A stretch of DNA of 64,000 bases from positions 44,467,908-44,531,907 of the forward strand of contig NC_052161.1 of NCBI RefSeq assembly GCF_902713615.1, given 5' to 3'. The stretch is from Scyliorhinus canicula. Taxonomy: Eukaryota. This document shows positions 11,671 to 23,957 of the stretch, piece after piece (position 1 is the first letter of the stretch; every line of letters begins with the position of its first letter). The position numbers were made by a program, and so were the translations under genes. The notes under the pieces were generated by a model. That model ran no database searches, had not been told where the DNA came from, and was given only the letters and a program-made list of their open reading frames with translations.

Positions 11671-12499
11671 TGTGTTTGACTGCAATGGTCATGTTTTTAA
11701 AAGAAAATCTGTTCTTCAGGGCCTGGGTAGGTTTAGCTGCCAGAAGGTGAAATTTATGAAGGAATGTGCTTTTCAGTCTAAGCTAATGCATAGTGGTTTG
11801 CCTGGGAAATTCCCAGGGTAATTAATATGCTTCCAGTCCCTGGAAAGTTAATTTACTTCATAGCTTGGGGATATGGGGTCATTGCTGGGTGAAGCTGATG
11901 AATGCAGAGAGGCATTTTGGGAAGGTGTGGAGAGAGGCAGTTTTGAAGAAAGCAGTGGAAAGAGTTGATTTAGTGAAAGGCTTGTGGAAGTGAAGTATGA
12001 TCTGGCAAGACCACAAGTAAAGGCAGTTTTCTTTCCCAGTAGGGTAGTTAAAAAAAGAGGAATAATATTTTAAAAGCAGAGCAGTCTTGTGGAAGAGGCT
12101 GAAACAACCCAGTTTATGCAGATATTTGAAGATATTCAGCCAGAGTCTGAAGGCGTTCTAGCCAGAGCCAGAATCTGTTCTGTACCACAAGTATTACTCT
12201 GTGCCCTGCTGTTCTTTCAGTTGGATTGAGAGCTGTATGTTCCTTTTCTTCTTGTTTAATGGGAAATTGAGTAGTAGTGTTAAGGTGTAATTGTAAGTTG
12301 GTCTTTTTCGTGTGTGAAGTTAAAAGTTTAATATTGTATTTATAATAAAGTTTTGTTTTTGAAATACCAAAGCCCTATTTTTTCCATGCAATCAGTCCTA
12401 GAACAAATCACTCTTTTCGCACAGTCTTAAAATAAACTAATACATAGGGGTTTCGGTCCAGTATTATTGCACTGTTGGGATCTGGTCTGGGATCGTAAT
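11671..12499 (+). repeat. Putative solo LTR
   Basis: TGTG start, AATAAA near 12345 and an end GGGATCGTAAtA resembling TCGTAACA LTR termini. No TSD verified. Confidence 0.35.
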
Positions 12500-12728
12500 A
12501 GCAGGTCATCTGTCATATTTTTCAAATGCAGTCAGATGAATGGCTTTGAGAGAGACAGGGGAAAACCAGTGGAAAATAAAGTGCATTTATCCTTACATAA
12601 AAAGGGGTACTTTTGAAATTTTAATTAAGTTTTAATTGAAATTTGTTCTCTCCTCAAATTAATATTGAAGCTATTTTAAGTGATTCATTACATCTGTGAA
12701 GAATAAAATAATTTGACAAACATACCAT

Positions 12729-13082
12729 GGCAGCACGGTAGCACAGTGGTAAGCACTGTTGCTTCACAGCTCCAGGGTTCCGGGTGCGATTCCTGGCTTG
12801 GGTCACTGTCTGTGGGGAGTCTGCATGGTCTCTCGTGTCTGCGTGGGTTTTCTCCGGGTGCTCTGGTTTCGTCCCACAGTCCAAAGATGTGCAGGTTAGG
12901 TGCATTGGCCATGCAAAATTGCCCTTAATGTCCAAAAAGGTAAGGTGGGGTTACTGGGTTACATGGACAAGGTAGAGGTGTGGGCTTAAGTAGGGTGCTC
13001 TTTCCAAGGAATGGTGCAGACTCGATGGGCCGAATGGCTTCCTTCTGCCCTGTAAATTCCAAGATTCTATGATTCTATGATT
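12729..13082 (+). mobile_element. HE1-like V-SINE, full length
   Basis: GGCAGCACGGTAGCACAGTGG head, V-domain and CR1-type (ATTCTATG)n tail. Confidence 0.9.
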
Positions 13083-13110
13083 TTCACAATTTGCAGCTAA
13101 AAAGGTGACT

Positions 13111-13318
13111 TTTAAAAATAAATTTAGAGTACACAATTATTTTTTTTCCCAATTAAGGGGCAATCCACCTAACCTGCACATCTTTGGGTAGCGGGGGTGA
13201 AACCCATGCAGACACGGGGAGAATGCGCAAACTCCACACAGACAGTGACCCAGGGCCGGGGTTTGAACCCGGGTCCTTAGCGATGCAGTCCCAGTGCTAA
13301 CCACTGTGCCATGTGCCG
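13111..13318 (-). mobile_element. Short V-SINE variant
   Basis: tRNA head on the minus strand, shortened V-domain and a GCCCCTTAATTGGGAAAA...ACTCTAAATTT tail; same type as 46693. Confidence 0.8.
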
Positions 13319-16300
13319 TTAAATTTGAGGAGTTCCTCAAGGCAACGCAATGACGTGATGTGTTGAAACATAAGTGTCACATAAAAATGTATTTGCTTTC
13401 TTATTGCCTGTAAACAGTATGTTTCAGATCTAAATAATTGTGCCTTTTCTTTCATTTGGAGTGTGTATTCTGATTAAATAATTCAGTGAACTTTCATGAG
13501 TTTAAAATAAAGGTTATTTATTCTCACACACTGACCTCAAATTAACTCAATGTTACACACTCAGTCTCACATAGCACACACACACACAGAGGCACAAAAA
13601 TTGCATACAGATAGTATACCTTTACAGATTACATTTAATTTAACTCTGATTTATGATTTCCCGTCTTCTGGGTTCTTGAATGGTTTTAATAAATTTAAGT
13701 TGAAGTGGGCATCTTGTAAAGCAAAGGGTTTACAACAGGTTGTGAGGTTTATTGTAGTTTAATATCTAGGAGTTCTGTTTTCAGATGAACTTTGAAACTG
13801 GAATATAATGATCTGCTTGGCAACTTGCAGCTGGTTTCAGAGTCTGGTTCTCAGACAGCCTGATGGCTGATGATTCTTAAAACACAAAGATGACACGACC
13901 TTTCTCTGCAGCTGTTGTCAGTGCTCTACTGCAGTATGCCCTGGTCTCTTGGAGTCTTTAGACAAAACGTGTTATTCAAGCTGGTTTTGATCACATGACC
14001 AATACTCGCATCATCCAACCAGAATGGTTTGGAAATCCATGGTTTGGAAATTGCACAATGGGAAATTACATGCCTTTACTCGGCATGACAACAGTGTATC
14101 TTGGAGTTTTGACTCCCTTATTTTTCTACTGACCTGTTAAATTCCAAACATGTACTGATGCTACAGAAATGCTGAGTGGAATCCAGGTGCTTTCCAAGTG
14201 TGTGGGAAACCCCATGTGGTGGGTCACACCAGGCCTCTCCATGTACCTCTTGTATTCGAGTCTAAATATAGTTGACAGACTTTCACTCTGTGACCTAGGT
14301 TCAAATCCAGCTTGGGATAGTGCGATGGAAGCCTCTTCATCCTGCCTGTTGGCATCCCACATGAAACTACATATAATTTGGCATTAGAGGGTATCTTATT
14401 CACATAGCTAATGAGCATACCGGTACAGAATGAAGTGCTCTTATGAGGTTTGGACTGAGGCAGATAGTTGGAGCAAAGTAGAGCGAGCCGGTCTCAAAAT
14501 GTTTCACGCTGTCACTTGGTTCCAAAATAAAATGTTTTGTCCCCCAGACCTAACATCACCCACCCTAATGAGCATAAAGAAGTAATAAAAGGAAGAAAAA
14601 TGTGGTCAGTATCTCATCATTCAAATGTCAACAGCAAGAATCAAGTGCTTCTTATGGGGAAAATTGAGCTCCACAATATTCTCATGCTGTTAGCAAAATG
14701 TGCATTGAACTCATATTTTGGTATGAGAATCCTATCAAATAAATATGTTGTGTATGACACATCGAAATAAGTAGATGTCGATTATGACGATAAAACACCC
14801 TAAGGAAATAAATATCAGACACATCAATATCCAGAGCAGCAGAAGACAATTGTTAGAGAATTGGTCAAAGTAGTACATTGCATCTGTTTGATACATACTG
14901 CCCATTATGTTCTTTATGAAGTGTCCTATTGGGGTCTTACTCTTCAAATATGAGTCGGAAGACCCTTTTCTTTTATTAGTTACTAAGCTCCTCATATTTG
15001 TTCCATATTGCAGCTGGTTGAAAGTCTAAGCTTTATTGTCTTCTGTTATTGAAAATCCAGATTTCTGCAGCCTACTCCCTGAGGTCAAGCTTTGTCTGAG
15101 AATACATTCTCATTTCAGGATGTACTCAGGCTGTCTACAGAGAGGGGGGAGAAAGATTATGACTGTAATACACTTAAATCCAATTTATTTGCTTGACTAG
15201 AAACTTAACCCTTACATAAATTCTTCTGTTTCTATATTTAATTCCCTTGTAACGCCAAGAGTTAATGCTAACCACGCTGCAGATAATATGAGGAGTTCAA
15301 AGATGCTACGATACTTGTCCATGCACAGGACTCATGACATTAACTAAATTGTACCGGCAAACTGATATTTGGTGTTCAGTGAATAATGGCTAGCAGAATA
15401 AACTAAATGTATTTCACCAGCATGCTTCTTTAGCTAAATGATGCTGAAATGAAATGTGCAAAGCAATATATCTACTTCTGAAAAATGCCCAAGAATGGAG
15501 GGTTTTTTAAAAAAAAAACTTTACAACAGGAAACCTCTAGGCCATCTGGAAAAATTTTTCTTCATATGGAAATCAAGGGATTTTATGAATCACTACCTAC
15601 ACTGAAACAGATTAAAGCGTTCTCTTTTTCTATTTCATGTGTTCATCAAAGAACTGCCTTGCAGCCTGCATTAGAGGTTACATGTAGAAAATGCATTTTT
15701 CCATTTTGTTGCTGTCTGCTCTGTGTAGTGTTCGAGAGCATTCTGAACAATTGCTTGGCATTTTGTTGAATTTGGTTTATTCAACCATTGATACGCGTGA
15801 ATGAAACCGTTCAGTAATATTCATTTTGACTTTTGCTTGACTTAAAAAAATGAAGTTAACAAAAAGCAGCTTCTAAAAAACTCAAAGTTACAATTATTTC
15901 AATGGTAAATCTAAATTTTATTTCAGAAGTTATGGGCGTGCTGAGAGAATTATTTTAAGACGTCAAACAAAGCTGGACGTTCTTGAAATTCCTCAGGGTC
16001 TCCACTAGCCGCCGTAGCTGTGTTCATGTTGTTCCCGAGGTGCCATTGGTACCCTATGAGAATTATGGCAGGAAACATGTAGATCTTCTGTAGAATTTCA
16101 GGGTCTGAGTCTCTGAATAAATGCATTCACATTTAAACGTTTTGCAGCTTTTATTGCATGAAATTCTAAAGTCTGGCATGCTTGGGATGTTTTGATGTAT
16201 TTATGCTATAACTGCAGCATAGGTGTGATGTAGGGCACGATTCAGCGGATTCAAGTTTTGGCTGCGTTTGGCAGGAGTTTTGTGTTGGCTGTGTTGGTGA

Positions 16301-16430
16301 GATCACGGCCCATATTCAACGACACAGGGCCAAAAATGAGCCCCCATGAGACTCTCGACAGTTCGCTGCTAACAAGGGAGAGCTGCTTTTAAATGCTCCC
16401 TCACCACCTACTCCCAGTCAACACACAAGA

Positions 16431-17398
16431 ATGGCAGCCCGCAAACCTGCTCCTCGCTTTGGGTATGGTGACCTCTCAAGGCTTCTCAACGCTGTGGATG
16501 AGAGATAGGGAGGCCCAGCAGCTGTGTCAACAATGCCGCCTGGGAGGCTGTCGTAGCGGCTGTTAGTTTGGACAGCATGACCAGGTGGACCGCTGTCCAA
16601 TGTTGGAAGAAGACCAATGACCTCCAGTGAGTTGCAAGGGTAAGTTACCACCTTTCTCCTGACATCACTTCTGCCTGCCACCCTTCAAATTCCCAAACAC
16701 CACCTCCCCTCCTCCACCCCCCCCCCCCCCCCCCCCCCCCCCCATCAACTGGCTGTCGCCTTGCACCCTCCCTACATTGTGCTTGTTCCTCAGAGCCCCT
16801 TTGCATCCACTGCACAACCCCTTTATGTACAGGTGCAGTGCCCACACATGCTACCTCCAAAGACCTATAGATCCCTTTGACACAAGCATGTGGCTCACAT
16901 TGCCCTCTCTTTGTCCCCTTCGAAGAAGATAGCCCATAATGAACGGCAAAAGGTCAAGTCAGGGGTGGAATCCCATAGATTCGATTACCCATCCATTCTG
17001 TGGAATGGGCCTGGGAAATCACGGGGTTGTCCCAGGAGAGAGCAGTCACTGACAGTGATGTTGGCCAGTACCAGAGAGGTGAGGATCCACTATCCCTTCA
17101 TGCAGATGACCTGTCTCATGTGAATTGTTCATGTCAGACAAAATGATCTTTCCCTCTCACTGACCACATGTCCATTGTCTCACAGGTTCACCATCTGATG
17201 GGGCCCGGCCATCCAGAGTCGACCCCCCCCCCCCCCCCCCCCCCCCCGCCTTTCCTGCTACCCAAGAAGATACCTTGGAGGAGAGCTCCGAGGAGACCAC
17301 TGGCTAGGTGCCACAGCTGTCACCTGTACCTTACGCCAGCACAAATAACATACCTCGGTGGGTGACATTAGTGGACAGGCTTTGGGAGCACAATCTGG
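16431..17398 (+). pseudogene. Harbinger Myb/SANT-like ORF with introns (decayed)
   Basis: MAARKPAPRFGYGDLSRLLNAV...AWEAVVAAVS...QCWKKTNDL, donor GTAAGT at 16640, next exon KIAHNERQK, second intron 17079-17185. Contains in-frame stops. Confidence 0.7.
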
Positions 17399-17801
17399 TG
17401 TACAGGAACATCCAGGAGTGACAGCAATCAAACATGCAACCAATGAACACTCAGCATAGGACACAACCAATGGTCAGTCAGGACACTCAGAGGTGGCATC
17501 ACCACAAGGCGGCATGACATAAACACTAGAAAAGGGATCAGGCACTCACACTCTGCCTCTTTCCATAGACAGACATCTAGAGAGTTAGACAGGGTTGATC
17601 AGCAGCATCACACCTCAGCACATGGCTTAGAACAAGCTGGTACTGTTAGACTGAGTTACTACAGTTAGATTAGCAGAGAGTCAAACTCATTTGAAAACTG
17701 TGTTATTAGTTCAATAAACACATTGAGCTTATTTCAGAGTCTGGAGCATCCTTTACTTAAGACTGCATCAAGTAGCAGCCTGTGTTATGCAAAACAACAC
17801 A
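17399..17801 (+). repeat. 5' LTR
   Basis: TGTAC...ACACA termini, AATAAA at about 17713, followed by a PBS-like sequence. Confidence 0.7.
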
Positions 17802-20800
17802 TGATACCATGACTGACTGTTCAATCTATTTAGTTCAATTCAGCAAGATGCGTGACAATCAGCAACTGAATACAGGCACAATGGACAAGATTCAGGCTCG
17901 TCATCAGCTCAGGACCACCGGCAATCTTAGTGCCAACTGGCGATCATTCAAGCAGAAATTTCAACTATACGTGGAAGTATTCGACCTCAATGGCGCGACC
18001 GATGCTCAGAAGATAGCTCTTCTACTTACCACTGCGGGTGACCATGCGATAGAGATCTTCAACTCCTTTCACTTTTCCAAAGGACAGGACAAAACAAAGT
18101 ACCAAACCATCCTGGACAAATTTGACAGCCACAGCGAGGTGGACACCAATGAAATCTTCGAGCGCTACATCTTCAAGCAGAGGATGCAAGGTAAAGACGA
18201 ATCCTTCAACTCCTATATAACTAACCTTAGACTGCTAGTGCAATCCTGCAACTTCGGTGATATCACTGACTCCATGATCAGAAACCAAATTATTTTTGGA
18301 GTCCACTCTGATCCTCTGGATTGAAACGTGTACTGTGCATGAGCACTCTAAAAATCGTTATTCACAGTACAAAACGGCAGAAAGTGAAAAACACACCTCC
18401 CACGAGATGGAGAGTGTTCAGGCCATCTCCCGGATACAACGTCTTCACATTGACGAAAGCAGCCATTTTGCGTGATTTTCCGGGGGGCCCGACTCATGTG
18501 CAATGTGATCGGGAACATGAAATGGCCGAAAACCGCACTGCGCAGATGCAGACGTCCGAGAACCGCACCGCGCATGCGCAACGACGCACTGAGCGGCATG
18601 ACGCCGACGTCATGTCGTGTGCGAACTGCAGCACCGCTCATTTTAAAAATAACTGCCCTGCAGGAGGCAAACGCTATTTAAACTGTGAGAAACCAAACCA
18701 CTATGCAACCCTGTGCGGATCTGCACCACCAGTCAGGAGCCAGCGCTCCCAATTCTGACAGCGGCGCATCAGAAGTGTGCAACACCGAATGCATGACTCT
18801 GATCCAGGAAATGCGATGGACCCAGATGATGAATACCTGGACAACACTTACCAAGTGGGCATTATTACGAAGTGTGAATACGCCACACCGGACACATCGC
18901 GATTCCAATCAATCCTGGCCGTGGATTCCGAGGACGAATGGCATGCAGTGATGAAGGTCAACCACTGCCCCATCCAGTTCAAACTGGACACAGGTGCCTC
19001 CACCAACCTTATTTCGCAGGTGGACTTCAAGAGAATCAAGAACCCCCCACAACCTTCCAGCTGCCTGCAAACTCCTGGACTACAATGGAAATGCAATCAA
19101 GGCCCTGGGGTCCTGCCATCTGCAGGTGTCTAGCTGACACACACAAGCAAGCTTACGCTTCGAGATTGTTAAACCAGACAGGGTGTCCCTGCTAGGTGCA
19201 CACGCCTGCAAGCAACTGAACCTCATTCAAAGGGTCTACACCACGACGCCATTCGGATCTTCAGACCAGCATCGACGTCATCCTAACCCAGTACCCAGAT
19301 GCATTTCGCAAGATGGGCATGCTGCCATATGAGTACAAGATTCTACTGCGGCCTGATGCCAAGCCAGTGGTCCATGCATCACGACGAGAGAGCACCTGAA
19401 GGCAGGGCTCACGAGTCTACAACAAAAAGGCATCATCTCCAAGGTCACTGAACCAACCGACTGGGAACCGCTCGATGGTGTGCGTAAAGAAGCCTTCGGG
19501 GGACCTACGCATCTGCATTGACCCCAAGGATTGAAACAAAAACATTATGCGGGAACATTACCCCATCCCGAAGAGGGAAGAAATCACGAGTGAGATGGCA
19601 CACGCACGCTTCTTCACAAAATTAGATGCATCCCAAGGATTTTGGCAAATCCAACTTGAAGAATCCAGCAGAAGGCTCTGCACCATCAACATGCCTTTTG
19701 GCAGATTTTGCTACAACCGAATGCCATTTGGCATCATCTCGGCATCAGAGATTTTCCATCGCATCATGGAACAGATGATGGAGGGAATAGAAGGGGTTTG
19801 TGTCTTCGTTGACGATATCATAATCTGGTCCACAACCCCAGAGGAACGTGTGTGGCGACTCAAGAAAGTATTCTGACGCATACATGAACATGGCCTCAAG
19901 CGCAACAGGTCCAAGTGCTGTTTTGGGATATCCACGCTTAAGTTCCTGGTGATCAGATTTTGTGACACGGTGTGCGCCCGGACACAGACGAAATTAAAGA
20001 AATCAAGGCAATGAAAGTCCTCGAGGACAATAGGGCAGTACTGCGCTTCCTGGGAATGGTCAATTTCCTTGCCAAGTTCATCCCGTATTTGACCACACAC
20101 ACCACGGCCCTACGCAACCTGGTTAAAAGATCAACCGTCTTTGAGTGGAAGGCGGAGCACCGAACAGAGTGGCTGGAGCTGAAAGCCAAGCTCAGCACTG
20201 CACCTATCCTTGCATTCTTTGACCCAGACCGAGAGACCAAGATATCCACAGATGCAAGTCAGGATGGCATTGGGGAGGTGTTGCTTCGAAGAGACAACAC
20301 GTCATCTGGGTACCAGTAGCATCACAGGAAATGACACCCACTGAGACAAGATATGCGCAGATTGAGAAGGAATATTTAGATCTTGTCACCGGCATCCTCA
20401 AATTTCATGATTATGTCTACGGCTTGCCAATATTTACTGTTGAGACGGATCGTAGGCCTCTGGTCCACATCCTCCAAAAGGACCTGAATGACATGATGCC
20501 TCATTTACAGAGAATTCTGCTCAAACTCCGGAGGTATGATTTCAATTTGGTGTACACAACTGGCAAGGAGCTCACCATCGCCGATGCATTGTCCCACACC
20601 GTCAACTCACCCAGTGAACTACTGGAGATCATCCAGCATATTGAACTGCAGGTACAACTGTGTGCAGGCACTCTCTCGGCAACAGATAAGAAGATCGTTC
20701 TCATCCGAGAAGAGCCGGCCAAAGACCCCCTGTTGCAGCGAGTCATCCACAACCTCAGCAATGGGTAATCTTTCAAGGACGACCTGACGCTGATCAACGG

Positions 20801-21380
20801 CATCCTGCTCAAGCTGGACAGGATAGTCATCCCGCTACGTCTCCAGAGCATGGTGCTGCGGCAGATTCATGGGGGAAACCTGGGCATAGAAAAGTGCAGA
20901 CGCAGGGCCCGGCAAGCTGTCGACTGGCCTGGCATCAACCAGGGCATCACGGACATGGTCCTGAACTGCGAAACCTGTCAGAGGTTCCAACCAGCGCAGA
21001 GCAAGGAGACGCTCCAACCACATGATCTAGAGACCTCTCCGTGCTCCAAGGTTGACATTGACCTATTCCACATGAATGGCCGCAACTATATCTTTATCAT
21101 CAATTACTTTTCGAACTATCCTGAGGTGCTGAAGCTGCCAGACTTCACCTCACGGACCGTTATCAAAGCGTTTACAGAGACATTCTCACGGCATGGCATC
21201 CCGAACACTGTCATGAGCGACAATGACCCGTGCTTCCACAGTCAAGAATGGTCCACGTTTGCCAAGAGCTACAATTTCAGGCATGTCACCTGTTGAAACT
21301 GGACAAGTTGAAAAAAGGGTGCACATCGTTAAGCAGCTCATCCGCAAGGCCTTGGACTCCGCTTCCGACATACACCTCTA
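17399..21380 (+). mobile_element. Ty3/Gypsy (Mag-like) LTR retrotransposon, decayed and 3'-truncated
   Basis: 5' LTR 17399-17801, then PBS-like TGaTACCA. gag (NLSANWRSFKQKF), protease LDTGA, RT (KLDASQGFWQI, MPFG, FVDD), RNase H (TDAS) and integrase (H...CETC, DLF, SDN), with many frameshifts. Confidence 0.92.
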
Positions 21381-23957
21381 CTGACGGGGAGGGGACTTTC
21401 AAATTGGAGCAGGAGGAGGGTTGATGACGGTGGTTGCCCGAGGGCTTGGGAGCCCCACTTGGGCTTGGGAGGTTATAGACGGGTTGGGGGCGATGCAATC
21501 AGGTAAGGCCCCGGGACCCGATGGATACCCGGTTGAGTTTTATAAAAACATTGCCGGGTTGCTTGGGCCGTTCCTGGTAAATGCTTTTAATGAGTCCAAG
21601 GAGCTGGGAGTGCTCTCCCCCAACGTTATCGCAGGCATCGATTTCCCTCATTTTGAAGCTGGATAAGGACCGGAGAGTTGTGGGTTGTATCGGCTGATCT
21701 CCCTGTTCAATGTGGATGCAAAATTGCTGGCAAAGATCTTGGCCACATGCTTAGAGGATTGAGTCCCGGAGGTAATAGGGGAGGACCAGACGGGATTTGT
21801 GAAGGGACGACACCTGACGTCCAGTATTAAACAGCTCCTAAATGTGATAATGATGCCTGCGGAGGGGAGCGAGGTCGAGGTGGTGGTGGCCATGGATGCA
21901 GAGAGGGCCTTTGATCGAGTGGAGTGGAGGTACCTGTCGGATGTCCTGGGAAGATTCAGGCAGGGATTTCTGGATTGGGTCCGGTTGCTTTTTCAGGCAC
22001 CGGTGGCGAATGTAAGGACCAACTGGGTTTGGTCGCGGTATTTTAGTCTGTGCAGGGGGACAAGGCAGGGGTGCCCACTCTCCCCACTACTGTTTGCCCC
22101 GGCAATAGAGCCTTTGGCAATAGCACTAGGAACATTTGGGGGGGGATAGTAAGGGGGGGGGGGGGGAGGTGGAGCATAGGGTCTTGCTGTATGCAGACAA
22201 TTTGCTCCTGTATATAACAGACCCATTGGGGGGGATTGCAGGAATTATGGGAATACTGGAGGAATTTGGTCGGTTCTCAGGTTAAAAAATAAACATGAGC
22301 AAGAGCGAGGTCTTCTCGATCCAGACAAGGGGGCAGGAGAGGAGACTGAGGGAGATGGTGCAAAGGAGTTTTAGGTATCTGGGGATTCAGGTGGCAAGGG
22401 ACTGAGGGCAGCTTCATAAATTAAATTTGGACAGGGTGATTGAGCAAATGAAAGGGGACCTCCCAAGGTGGGACGTGCTCCCACTTTCATTGGCGGGGCG
22501 GGTACAGACTGTGAAAATGACAGTTCTCCTGAGATTGTTCTTTGTGTTTCAGTGTCTCCCAATCTTTATCCCCAAAGCATTTTTTAGGAAAGTGAACGCA
22601 ACGATCTCGGGTTTTATATGTGCTGGTAAGGCCCCGAGGGTGAAGAAGGTCCTTGAGCGGGGGTGCGAGGAGGGAGGCTTGGCCCTTCCGAACTTTATTA
22701 ACTACTGGGCGGCTAATATTTCAATGGTTAGGAAGTGGGTAGTAGGGGAAGGGGTCTGTGTGGGAGGCTTTGTTAACGGCACCTCCACCGTTCTCGCCGG
22801 CTCGGTGCTCCACAAGCCCAGTGGTAGTGACAGCCCTGAGAGTGTGGGGGCAATGGAAGCAGCATATGAGACTGGAGTGGGTGTTGGTGTGGTCACCGAT
22901 CTGTGACAATCACTGGTTCGCTCCGGGGTGCTGGGGGCTTAAGGAGTTGGCTGGGTGGGGATTGAAAGGTTTGGAGATCCCTTCATTGAGGAGGGGTTCC
23001 CGAGCCTTGAGGAGCTAGTGGAGTTGCCGGGTGGGAACAGATTTCGGTACCTGCAGGTACGGGACTTTGGCCGGAGGCAGGTTCCAAGCTTCCCTCGCCT
23101 CCCTCTAAGGGGACTGCAGGATAAGATGATGTCTAAAATAGGGGTTGGGAAGGGGCGGGGGGGAGGGGGTGGTCTTGGAAATATACAAGGAATTGATGGA
23201 ATGGAAGGGTTCCCAATTGGGGAGGTGAAAGGGAAGTGGGAGAACAAGTTGGGAGGGGAGTCGGAAGTTGGGCTATGGGAGAAGGCCCTGAAAAGAGTCA
23301 ATGCATCCTTGTTGTGTGCCAGGCTTAACCTGATCCAGTTCAAAGTGGTCCACAGGTCTCATATGACTGTGGCCCGGAGAGTAGGTTTTTTGAGGGGGTG
23401 GTGGACAGGTGTAGTCGGTGCGGGGGGGGGGGAGTCCTGCGAATCATGAACATATGTTTTAAGCATGTCCGAAGCTAAGGGGATTTTAGCAGGGATTCTC
23501 AGATGTCATGTCAGAGTGAGGGTGACTCTGAGCCCAGAGGTGGCAATATTTGGAGTAACGGAAGACCTGGAAACCCAGGGAGGAGAAAGGCTGACGTTTT
23601 GGCCTTTGCCTCCCTGGTGGCCCGGAGACGGATTTTGCTGGGCTGGAGGGACTCGGAGCCTCCAAAGTCGGGGGTGTGAGTCAGTGACATGGCAGGGTTT
23701 CTTAGGCTAGGGTTCAATACAGGGGTTCGCTCTGAGGTGGCAGCCGTTCATCGATTTCTTTCAGGAAAAGTGACCGTCAGCAGAAGGGAGGAGGGAATGG
23801 GGGGGATGGGAAAGGGGAGGCATGGCAGTGAAATTGGGGGGAAGTTGGGTGGTTACTCTGGGGTTTTTGCATGTGCTGGACCGCCCTGTTATTTAGAATG
23901 TTAATATGTTGAAATGTCAAAATTATAAATGACTCAATAAAAGGTTTATAAAAAAAA
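21381..23957 (+). mobile_element. L1-clade LINE, 5'-truncated and decayed
   Basis: KAPGPDGYPVEFYK, DAERAFDRVEW, GTRQGCPLSPLLF, LYAD, GRVQTVKM and QFKVVHR motifs; AATAAA plus A-tail at about 23936-23957. Confidence 0.92.

Noticed and set aside
12713-12975. tRNA genes or small proteins in SINEs
   Set aside because: A/B boxes run into V-domain and LINE tails. The recurring peptides (e.g. VSSGCSGF) are SINE translations.
16717-17247. Poly-C tracts (about 27 and 25 nt) as functional G-quadruplex elements
   Set aside because: Similar C/G runs occur throughout the window in decayed transposons; most likely slippage expansions of uncertain length.
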